Shown in pieces: positions 20,199-28,546 of a stretch of DNA of 64,000 nt. The notes below the pieces were generated by a model. It saw nothing but the letters and a program-made list of their open reading frames with translations. It was not told the origin of the DNA and made no database searches. Within the stretch, counting starts at the first letter, position 1. Every line of letters starts with the position of its first letter. The position numbers and the translations under genes were made by a program. Source of the DNA: Candidatus Latescibacterota bacterium (GTDB lineage: Bacteria > Latescibacterota > UBA2968 > GCA-2709665); NCBI GenBank assembly GCA_965208835.1, contig OZ242358.1, positions 1,184,001 through 1,248,000 on the forward strand, read 5' to 3'.

Positions 20199-20304
20199 CC
20201 CCGTTCGTATGATCGGTCCCGGGCGGTGGGCCGATGTTTCAGAGAGAAGAAAATCAGCCGTGGTCGCCGTTGCGGCCTTGTCTTTAACGGGAGGGAGAAC
20301 TGAT

Positions 20305-22169
20305 ATGATAAAGTTTCGAACACTGTTCGCGCAGGCAAACGTGAATCCGGTTGTCGGTCTGCTCGTTCTGGCCGTCGTCTTGTCATTCGTACGTCCGGCC
20401 GTGGCAGTTTGTCCGCTTCCCCCGGGCGTGACGGCCCCCGACGACCCCGCTGTGACCGCGCAGCAGGTGGTAGACGGCAGCGCCACCCTCAAGGAGTTTT
20501 CTCTGGCAGTAAGAGAGCGGTCCAGAGAATACGCCAAGGGGGCCGCGGCCACGGAACAAGCCGTATATATCGGATGCATCATAAGGCTGGACGATGGGAT
20601 CTGGCGTTCGGGTTCCACCTACATCGTGAGCCTGACGCCTGACGGCAGGATATACATTCACGCGAAGGACATGTCGTTGACGGGCAGGTTGCTAAACCCG
20701 GTGGTTTATGGAGCGATCCTTTCAGCGCTGGGCGTATCCCTATCTGATCTGGCGAATCTGGCGTCTCCCGATCCTGCGACTGCCGCACAGGCTTTCGGCG
20801 CTGTCATGGGCACATTGGCGCAGGAACCTGACGGCGCGTTCGATGCGACCGGTCCTGTTCCGGGTCTATCGCCAGGTATACCGGGCGCTTCGGGCCATGC
20901 CGCCGTCTATATCGAGCCCAATGTAGGGGGGGCTCCGATTGTAATGCTCATGGGTTTCGATCTCAATGAATCTCACCTGGTCCCATTAGCGATGAAGTCA
21001 TCGATTACGGCGACCCGGCCGTCACTGCCAGGGACGTGGTGGATCGCGAATCCCTGAAGGCCTTTGTTACCCAGGCTGGAAATTACTTTCTTGAACTTCA
21101 GAATTCCGGGGATTTCGCCGCTATTGCGAAAGCCAGGATCGCCTTGCGGGATCCGAACGGCCCGTGGAGACACGGTTCCGTGTACCTCTACGTTCTGGAT
21201 CTTGTCAGCAACATCATCATATTTCACGCGGCGTTCCCTGACAGATACGAGTATCGTCCTCTGATACCGACCGTCACCGACGCCGTGACAGGCGAGTTCA
21301 TCCTGCCGCAGGTCATCGAGGCGGCGAAGGGCAGCCCTGATGGCGGCTTCGTGGAGTATTACTTCGACGATCCCACCGACGACACCGACAGCGCCGATAT
21401 CCCCAAGGTGGGATACGCCCGTGAGTTTGCCGCTGAAATTCGGCGGCCGGACGGAAGCACAATCCCGGCCGACTTCATCGTCGGTTCGGGCTTCTACGGG
21501 CGCGCGGGCGAGGTTGCCACGACGGATCCCAGCACGGTCGTGGAGGCCACCGTGCAGGGTGACGCGGTAGAGGGGTTGGACGTGGCATTTTCCCGCGCCA
21601 TTGCCGGGCGCGGGTCCGATTATGCCTGGAGCGCCGTCACCGATCCTGCCGGCCTGTTCTCCCTGACCATCTCCAGCGCGGATGGCGTGAGTGGTTACTT
21701 TCGGGCCCGGGCCACCAACGCCGATGGCGAGGTCGTGGGCCGTTGGAGCAGCATACCCCTGAATGAAGGCCGCCGCCAGGTTCTGGAACTGACGTTGGGC
21801 GGCAACGCACGGGTCGTAGGTGTCGAAGCCCTGGCCTCATCCAGGTCTGAGGCCGCCGCCAAGCCGGCGTTTGCGGTCGAGGCCGTGCCGGAAGCCAGCG
21901 GTCTGGCGCCCAATTCGCCGAACCCATTCAACAGCGCCACGCTGATCACCTACCATCTGTCCGGCGCGGGTCCTGTGAAGCTGGTGATCTACAATGTGTT
22001 GGGCCAGCCCGTACGGACGCTTGTGGATGAGTCCCGTGCGGCGGGCACGTATAAGGTCAAATGGGATGCGCGCGACGAGGGTGGCGCGTTACTGTCGACA
22101 GGTGTGTATATCGCCCATCTGAGCTATCCCGGCGGTGTGCAGTCGCAACGGCTGCTGTACCTCAAGTAG
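20305..22169 (+). pseudogene. Secreted tandem-Cache protein, paralog 6, frameshifted (or sequencing error)
   Basis: ORFs 20209-21057 and 21036-22169 join if one base is added at GTCCCATT (20980-20987), restoring HLVPISDEVIDYGDPAVTARDVVDRES. Confidence 0.8.
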
Positions 22170-22200
22170 CACCAGAGGGAAGGCAGCAAGCGATATCCTG

Positions 22201-22266
22201 AGAACCCGTTCGGAATCACCCCGTGAGCCATGCGCCCTGGGCTTGCACGGATTTCGAACGGGTTCT
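22201..22266 (+). repeat. Conserved hairpin after paralog 6
   Basis: AGAACCCGTTCGGAATC...GATTTCGAACGGGTTCT followed by TTTT; 31 bp after the stop. Confidence 0.75.
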
Positions 22267-22349
22267 TTTTGCGTTGGGCCCGGTATCTTCTGACTCCCCG
22301 GCTTGACCGTCTGTGTTCCATTTCGAAACCCGCGAGTACGGGTTTGAGC

Positions 22350-22377
22350 TTGACTTCCGGCCGTTGGGTCGTAATAT
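22350..22377 (+). promoter_or_regulatory. Possible sigma70 promoter
   Basis: TTGACT-N16-TAATAT, ~300 bp upstream of the C45 gene at 22676. Confidence 0.4.
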
Positions 22378-22675
22378 TGGCCTTGCGGATGAGGGCTCCG
22401 GCCTGCGGGTTTTTTCACGTCGCTGCGGGTTCCCTGGCTGGTTCTACACCATTCCGAAGGTCTGGCAGATTCAGGTTACAAGCGTGCGAGGCGATGACGG
22501 AGGAATCAGCAAACATATAGATTCTGCACCGAAATCGGTTGGTTGTTCTCCACAGATTTTCGTCGAATGCACGCAGTACGGACGGCAGCCTCAGGGGGCT
22601 GCCGTTTCTGTTCAGGTACGCATTGTCCGACGGGTCTGATTCCTGAAATTGCCTTAGGTATTCGAGGAGATTTCA

Positions 22676-23779
22676 TTGGGCGAACCCGTGGTATTGCTTC
22701 GTGAAGGACCGTTGAAATTCCACGTGTTCAGGGGAAGCTCCGTCGAGATGGGCCGGGCTCATGGTTCTCTTGACCCGGAGTTTCTCCGATCGCGGCTGGA
22801 CGAATGGCTGACGTGGCCTCACGATTTCGATCACCCGTATTTTCGGAAGAACATGGCGTTCATGCGGCGCGAGTTTCCGGATTTCATCGAACGCATGGAA
22901 GCTTACGGCGCGGCGGCGGGTATCGACAACTTCGATCACACCTACTATCTGCACATGGTCGACACCGGCCGAGAGCAAGAAGCATGTTCCGCGTTCGGAA
23001 TCCTGCTGAGCGACGATGGGCCGGCCCTGCTGCGAACCTACGACCCTTCTGATTCCACCGGGACGAGCTACTTTGTCAGGGATCGCTTCGTGGCGGCGTT
23101 TCCGGATTGCCGCCCGCACGGATACCTCGGCATGGGCGGGCATCACTTCTGTGTCGTACATACCTCAGTCAACGACGCCGGCCTGCTTACGGGATGGGCT
23201 TCGGGGGCGCCGAAATTCCATTGGCCCGACAACCCGGAACACGTCAATCTCTTTCAGATCACCGGACTCGTGCCACAGCATTGCGGTGACTGCGAGGACG
23301 TGAGGCGGTTTCTCAACGAATACCGGATTTCCGGGCTGAAAGGGCTGACCGGCACGTCCGTGGACGCCAGGGGTAACATACTCGGTATCGAACTGGAATC
23401 TGAGAATATCGCATTTCGCGAACCCGAAAATGACATGGTACTGGAGGTGAACCACTGGCAGCATCCCGACCTCCAGCGCCTGGCACGGAAGAGAAAACCG
23501 GAATTCTGGACGAGCCCCTATTACTACAATTCACAGAACCGCGTGCAGTACGTGGAATACCACCGGGACAGGTTCCTGCGGATGTCCACACTCGAAGAGC
23601 TGATTGACTTTACGTTCGACGTGCACGCTCCCGGTCGAATCCTGCAGATGCCGGACGCCAACATTGCCAACTGGATGACCTCGCATGCGATCTATATGAC
23701 TGCCGCCGACCGGAGAATGCGGGTACACCCGTATCCGCTTGATAAAGACAGATACACCGAAGTCGCATATCTCGGTTGA
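22676..23779 (+). CDS. C45 family Ntn-hydrolase/amidase
   Basis: GSSVEMGRAHG, A|CSAFG, SVNDAGL, VNHW; TTG start after GAGGAG. Confidence 0.7.
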   Translation: MGEPVVLLREGPLKFHVFRGSSVEMGRAHGSLDPEFLRSRLDEWLTWPHDFDHPYFRKNMAFMRREFPDFIERMEAYGAAAGIDNFDHTYYLHMVDTGREQEACSAFGILLSDDGPALLRTYDPSDSTGTSYFVRDRFVAAFPDCRPHGYLGMGGHHFCVVHTSVNDAGLLTGWASGAPKFHWPDNPEHVNLFQITGLVPQHCGDCEDVRRFLNEYRISGLKGLTGTSVDARGNILGIELESENIAFREPENDMVLEVNHWQHPDLQRLARKRKPEFWTSPYYYNSQNRVQYVEYHRDRFLRMSTLEELIDFTFDVHAPGRILQMPDANIANWMTSHAIYMTAADRRMRVHPYPLDKDRYTEVAYLG

Positions 23780-23831
23780 CCACGGACCGGACAGCGCGCG
23801 CCTACCGTTCGATGCCTTTGTCGGGCGGCGT

Positions 23832-24164
23832 ATGCTCGAGCCCAGTCCGATCTTCACCAGAGAGATTCTGTATCTGGGCCTTGGCGGCGCCATTGCGGCG
23901 TCATTGGCGGTGATGCGTGCGCGGTTCGTGTGGTGGCCCCTGCATCCTGTCGCGCTTCCCGTCAGCACGATTGCCTATACGGATTGCCTCTTTATCAATG
24001 TCTTTCTGGCCTGGGGAGCAAAGAGCCTGGTGTTGCGGTTTGGTGGCGCCCGGTCCACCCGGCCGTTTTTCATGGGAATCACACTGGGTGAGGCTGTTTG
24101 TACCGGGCTCTGGATTGCCGTGGACTACTTTACGGGGACGGTCTCCAATGCTTTCTTTCCATAA
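23832..24164 (+). pseudogene. C-terminal fragment of a DUF6784/DUF6785-like multi-pass membrane protein
   Basis: RARFVWWPLHPVA...FLAWGAKSLVLRFGG...RPFFMGITLGE resembles the conserved end of these large membrane proteins; no N-terminal portion or clear RBS. Confidence 0.55.
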
Positions 24165-24202
24165 GCGTAGCTGAGGCCGGGTGTACGATACGGAGGGAAG
24201 AT

Positions 24203-24970
24203 ATGAAGTCGGATAGAACAGAGGAAACGGGCGGCGGAGTACCGGCTGTCGAGTTGAATCAGACCTGGGATATGGGACGGCTGGTCGACCTCACCTGTGA
24301 TTACTTCAACGGGATGCCGGTCGACATGACGGGAACCCTGCCTTCGTTTCGGATGCGGGAACTTGACGAAGAGATGGAAGCTCTTTGCAGGGGCCGTGAG
24401 TACCGCAGCTACACGCAGGAAGTCCGGATGTGCGTGCAGGCCGGCAACTACCTGGAAACCGGAGCGCACCTCTATCCGGAAATGGAATCGGTTGCCGACG
24501 TCGGCCTGGAACGGCTGTTCTTGTCCGCGGTGGTGTTGCATATCCCCAGAGGCAAGGATGAAAAAGTGACCGCCGCTGACCTGGGCATTGCTCTTGGAGA
24601 ACTTGGAGAGAAGATCCATCCGGGGGACGCGATTCTGGTCGCCACGGGTTACAACCGGTTCGGCAGCAGTGACGTTCGCTGCGAACTGACGCCACATTTC
24701 AGCTACGACGCGATCGACTGGGCGGTGAGTCGGAAACCTTCGATCCTGGCATCGGACATGGCGAGTTGGCACGATGGGGAGGAAGAACCGAGTTTCTGGC
24801 CCATGCTGATGAGGTCCGGCGTTCTGGTGATCGGATCGCTGATGAACGTGTCGGCGATAACCGTTCACCGCATCCGGTTGATCGCCCTTCCGATGAAAAT
24901 TCGAGGCGCATGCGCGGCGCCCTGCCGGCTGATCGCCGTTCTCCCTTCGTGCGGCGGACGGGCAGGGTAG
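24203..24970 (+). CDS. Cyclase/kynurenine formamidase family protein with degenerate metal motif
   Basis: LVDLT..MPV, PGDAILVATG, P-x-FS-x-DA, ALPMKIRG..APCR; QAGNYLETGAH in place of HxGTHxDxPxH. Confidence 0.72.
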   Translation: MKSDRTEETGGGVPAVELNQTWDMGRLVDLTCDYFNGMPVDMTGTLPSFRMRELDEEMEALCRGREYRSYTQEVRMCVQAGNYLETGAHLYPEMESVADVGLERLFLSAVVLHIPRGKDEKVTAADLGIALGELGEKIHPGDAILVATGYNRFGSSDVRCELTPHFSYDAIDWAVSRKPSILASDMASWHDGEEEPSFWPMLMRSGVLVIGSLMNVSAITVHRIRLIALPMKIRGACAAPCRLIAVLPSCGGRAG

Positions 24971-25022
24971 ATACGAGGATGCCCGCGGCGGCAACGAAAC
25001 ATACTGACCAGAGGAGGTCACG

Positions 25023-26153
25023 ATGAAGATCAAGAGGATATCGACCCATCGGCTGCGAGAATGTGAAATCAGCATGGAGAAGTGGACGCACTTCACGAAG
25101 TGGAAGGCAAGCGAGGAATGGATCGAAGACGAAGTCTTCGGTAAAAAGTGGATCTCTCCGACGTGCGTGTGCTACAACCCGACCGACGGCCTCGTCTACG
25201 TGGGGCTGACCGCCCTCGACAGGGATATCTTCTACACGTTCGACCCCGCGACGGATACGTGGTCGTCACTGAACTATCCCGGGGAACGGGACCGGTACGG
25301 GAGCAAGATCCACCAGGGCCTGGAGGTGGACGATGAGGGGCGCGTGTACGCGGGGGTGGCCACGCTGGGAGACGCCGATATCTGGCCGAAAGCCTCGGGT
25401 GGTCCGATCTTCCGATACGATCCCCGGAGCGGGGAGTACGAGTTCCTGTGCATCCCGATCGAGCATGACTACGTTCAGGGATTCGTCATGGACCGCCGAC
25501 GGGGCATCATCTACGGCGATACGTTTCCCGGGCGAAAGATGTTTCGATACGATGTCGGAAGCGACAGCGCGCGCGTGCTGACCATGCTGGGCGACGTATC
25601 CACCGAGCATCTTGCGCTGGACGCGGACGGAGGCGCCTGGCACACGTACGAACTCATGCAATGGGCCGGGCGCTACCCACTGCTGCGATACGATCCCGAC
25701 CGGGACGAGATCGACTTCACCAACGTCGATCTGCCGGACGTTTCACCTGGAATTAAAGGATCGAATCAGATGGATTCGTCGTTACTGACGGAGGACGGGA
25801 CGATGTACATCGGCACGACCGCCGGGGCGCTCGTACAGGTGGATCACCGGGGTCCAGGGGTGAACGCGACGTATCTGGGAAAACCCTACGTCGCGCCGCG
25901 CATGAAGGGACTGATCGAGGGTCCCGACGGCCTGATCTACGGGGTGAGCGGGGGAGACTACGATACGCATTTCTTCACGTATGACCGTCGAACGGGATTG
26001 TACAACAACCTGGGGCCGATTCGGGATACGCAGGACGGGACGCGGTGCTGGCTGGCGCACCATATGTGCATGGTGGACGCGAAGACATTCATCGTGGCCG
26101 AATCGGACAACCACTTCCGCGCGAGCTTCCTGTTCAAAGTGGAGCTGGCTTAG
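25023..26153 (+). CDS. Beta-propeller protein of unknown function
   Basis: Repeated DG-x-(V/I)Y-x-G and FRYDP blades; strong SD GAGGAGG. Confidence 0.65.
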   Translation: MKIKRISTHRLRECEISMEKWTHFTKWKASEEWIEDEVFGKKWISPTCVCYNPTDGLVYVGLTALDRDIFYTFDPATDTWSSLNYPGERDRYGSKIHQGLEVDDEGRVYAGVATLGDADIWPKASGGPIFRYDPRSGEYEFLCIPIEHDYVQGFVMDRRRGIIYGDTFPGRKMFRYDVGSDSARVLTMLGDVSTEHLALDADGGAWHTYELMQWAGRYPLLRYDPDRDEIDFTNVDLPDVSPGIKGSNQMDSSLLTEDGTMYIGTTAGALVQVDHRGPGVNATYLGKPYVAPRMKGLIEGPDGLIYGVSGGDYDTHFFTYDRRTGLYNNLGPIRDTQDGTRCWLAHHMCMVDAKTFIVAESDNHFRASFLFKVELA

Positions 26154-26227
26154 CCGCCGGAAAGACCAATCGCAGGCCTGTTCCCGGATTGAACTCCGCG
26201 CGGATTGATCGGGTTGGTGAGAAGCGG

Positions 26228-26782
26228 ATGGCACTGATTGCAATAGGCGGATTCCCGGGCGCCGGGAAGACGACGATATGCCGGAGACTTTCCAGTGAGT
26301 TAAATCTGCCTTGCCTGAGTTCAGATACCATCGGCAGGACGATCGAGGACTCGTCCGGAATCAAGAGCGGCCGCATTGAAGCGTACCGGGTGGCGTACGA
26401 TGTGCTTTTCCGCCTTTGCGAGGAGTTCATCCGGACGTCCGCCAGCGTAATTCTCGACCTGACCCTGGGGTGGGATTTCCAGTGGCGGAAACTGAACGGC
26501 ATTCTCGAACGGCATCCACAGACTCTATTCCTGCCCGTCGTACTACAATGCTCACGCGAGTTGTGCCTGGAGCGGCTCGAGGCGCGTCACAGGGCGATGC
26601 CGGAGGCGTACGCCGCTCCGTCTTACTTCAGGAATGAGCGGAAGGTCCACGATATCTGGGAATACCTTAGGGAACTGGATCGTCCGGAGGTTTGCTTCGT
26701 CGATGCCAGCGGAGACGAGGATCAGGTGTATGAGAAAGTAAAACAGTATGTTACAGGCGCGTTTCCGAAGGCTGAAACTTAA
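26228..26782 (+). CDS. P-loop small-molecule kinase (AAA_33-like)
   Basis: GFPGAGKTT Walker A, LSSD, lid RLEAR. Confidence 0.75.
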   Translation: MALIAIGGFPGAGKTTICRRLSSELNLPCLSSDTIGRTIEDSSGIKSGRIEAYRVAYDVLFRLCEEFIRTSASVILDLTLGWDFQWRKLNGILERHPQTLFLPVVLQCSRELCLERLEARHRAMPEAYAAPSYFRNERKVHDIWEYLRELDRPEVCFVDASGDEDQVYEKVKQYVTGAFPKAET

Positions 26783-26893
26783 AGCAAACAGAATCTGTCC
26801 ATCAATAGTACCACAACGACGGAAATGGCACATACAGGATACTGCGCCAGGAATTGCGATTTCGCACGCCAGACTGATGAATTATGGCAAATT

Positions 26894-26924
26894 AAAACCC
26901 CGTGGTCCCAAAAAGGGCCACGGG
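26894..26924 (-). terminator. Probable intrinsic terminator of the hicBA-like pair
   Basis: Imperfect stem CCCGTGGTCCC-aaaaa-GGGCCACGGG with T4 on the minus strand. Confidence 0.5.
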
Positions 26925-26953
26925 ATCGAAAGTTATTCGGCTGTAAGTGATTG

Positions 26954-27208
26954 TTATTTTATGAGCCTGAGTCGCTTCAGGTCCGCTTCCGACCACCCTA
27001 TGCTTTCGAGAATGCCCCTCAGGATTTTTGGACCGAACGTCTTCCCGGGATGATAGTGAATCACGATTCGGGCTCCATCCTTATAGAATGGCCTTGTGCC
27101 GCTTCTTCTTTTTTCTTCTGCCCATCCATCCGTCCTTAGCGCACGAATGAGCTTCTCGACCGAAATTCCCCTTATCTGACTCCAGGCATGTCTGCCATAG
27201 TGGGCCAT
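26954..27208 (-). CDS. hicA: HicA-like type II toxin
   Basis: Small basic protein: LIRALRTDGW...RIVIHYHPGKTFGPKILRGIL; adjacent to a HicB-like gene. Alternative start 27223. Confidence 0.65.
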   Translation of the reverse strand: MAHYGRHAWSQIRGISVEKLIRALRTDGWAEEKRRSGTRPFYKDGARIVIHYHPGKTFGPKILRGILESIGWSEADLKRLRLIK

Positions 27209-27501
27209 GTCAACCCGGTCCATTCGTTGGGCGTGGAGCTGGAAGGTTCTCCGATACTTGTGAAGCCCATTTCCAGGTCTTCAACCTTCTCAATTATCAA
27301 ATCCGGGCCAACGGGCAATGCCTCCCCGTGTTTTTTCAATGAATCCAGATAGGCCCTGATTCCATCCTTCGTTCGCCGAAGCGCTGTCTGCCTCGTTGGC
27401 CCGTCAATGTGAAGGCCAGGCAGTGCCGGCGCCGTGACATAGTATTGATCTTCGTCCGGTTCTACGATAACGCGGACGCGAATCTTGTACCGTGCCTGCA
27501 T
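27172..27501 (-). CDS. hicB: HicB-like antitoxin (no obvious DNA-binding domain)
   Basis: Y-x-V-IVEPDED-x-YYV-x-x-PALPG-x-x-x-DG-x-T...YL-x-SL-x-x-x-GEALP. Confidence 0.78.
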   Translation of the reverse strand: MQARYKIRVRVIVEPDEDQYYVTAPALPGLHIDGPTRQTALRRTKDGIRAYLDSLKKHGEALPVGPDLIIEKVEDLEMGFTSIGEPSSSTPNEWTGLTWPTMADMPGVR

Positions 27502-27693
27502 TTTTCATGGTCCTTTGCCAGTGGGTCTGCTCTTCTTCCCCGGGAGCGTCTGCTACTGGACTTCGCGTCTTGTCGGCACGCCTTGTCGGATCGACGATGA
27601 GGGCCGGTGTGTGCGGATAATTACGAAAACTCAGGTAGAATCCGCGACGTGAAATCGGAATTGGTACTCCGCGGGCAGACTGAATGCGCTTGT

Positions 27694-27723
27694 AATATAT
27701 ACAGCAGATTGTCGAATTGTCAA
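27694..27723 (-). promoter_or_regulatory. Probable sigma70 promoter for hicBA
   Basis: Minus strand TTGACA-N18-TATATT (or N16-TATATA). Confidence 0.5.
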
Positions 27724-27958
27724 TGCGCTTTTGGCGCACAAGCCGCGTAAATCGCCCCCAACAGTCTCTCGTTCTGTCGGAACTTTGGTACGTGCAAGAA
27801 TTCACTTGCCGTTTTGCGTGAATCGGTAAGACGTGGTCGCAATTACCGAGTCCAGTCCCACCATAGCCTATCGAATTCCAGACGTCTGGCCTCTGACTCT
27901 CCAGGGTGGAAGACGTCCGGATTTGAAAGAGATGCCGACTTGCTGAGGAAATGTCCTG

Positions 27959-28546
27959 ATGCTCCCCGATCCTTCCCTCTACATCTCCGATCTGGATGGC
28001 ACACTTCTGGATAGAGAAACGACTCTGTCCCGATACAGCAAGGATACGCTCAACGCGCTGATGGATCAGGGTCTGCTATTCACCGTGGCCAGCGCACGCA
28101 GTGTCGCCTCCATGCGCCACGTGCTGGCTGGCCTGCGCCTTTGTTTGCCGGTCGTTGAAGTCAACGGCGCCTTCGTCTCCGATCTGGCTGGCGGTCGGCA
28201 CTATGTGGTCCACGAACTGCACCGCGATATTCTGCCCGGATTGTGGCAGCAAATCACCGACGCGGGCTACCTGCCCTTCATCTCCACGTACGACGGAACG
28301 GCAGATCGTTGTTACTACCGCGATGTCACCAATGACGGCATGGCATGGTACGTGAGAAACAGGAAGCTTAACCAGGACCCGCGAATGCACTATCTGCACG
28401 ACCTGGAGCGCGGCCTGGAAGAGCAGGTGGTCAGTCTGAGGGTCATTGGAACGGGACGGGAAATGGAGGAACCTGCATTGGTCGCGTACTTCAGTTCTCG
28501 ACTGCAAAGAGAATCTTGTAAAGCACTGGCACGAACAGCAAGGTGA
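27959..28546 (+). pseudogene. Truncated Cof-type HAD hydrolase
   Basis: SDLDGTLL, ASAR and NGA present; motifs III/IV (K, GDxxND) absent. The frame runs into the 3' end of the convergent RND gene. Confidence 0.7.

Noticed and set aside
9323-22169. Diversity-generating retroelement acting on the array
   Set aside because: No reverse transcriptase, no TR/VR pair, and the variation includes indels and is not evidently adenine-specific.
13152-22266. Integron cassette array (hairpins as attC sites)
   Set aside because: The AAC/GTT cores lack RYYYAAC/GTTRRRY context, the genes are paralogs with their own promoters, and no integrase is in the window.
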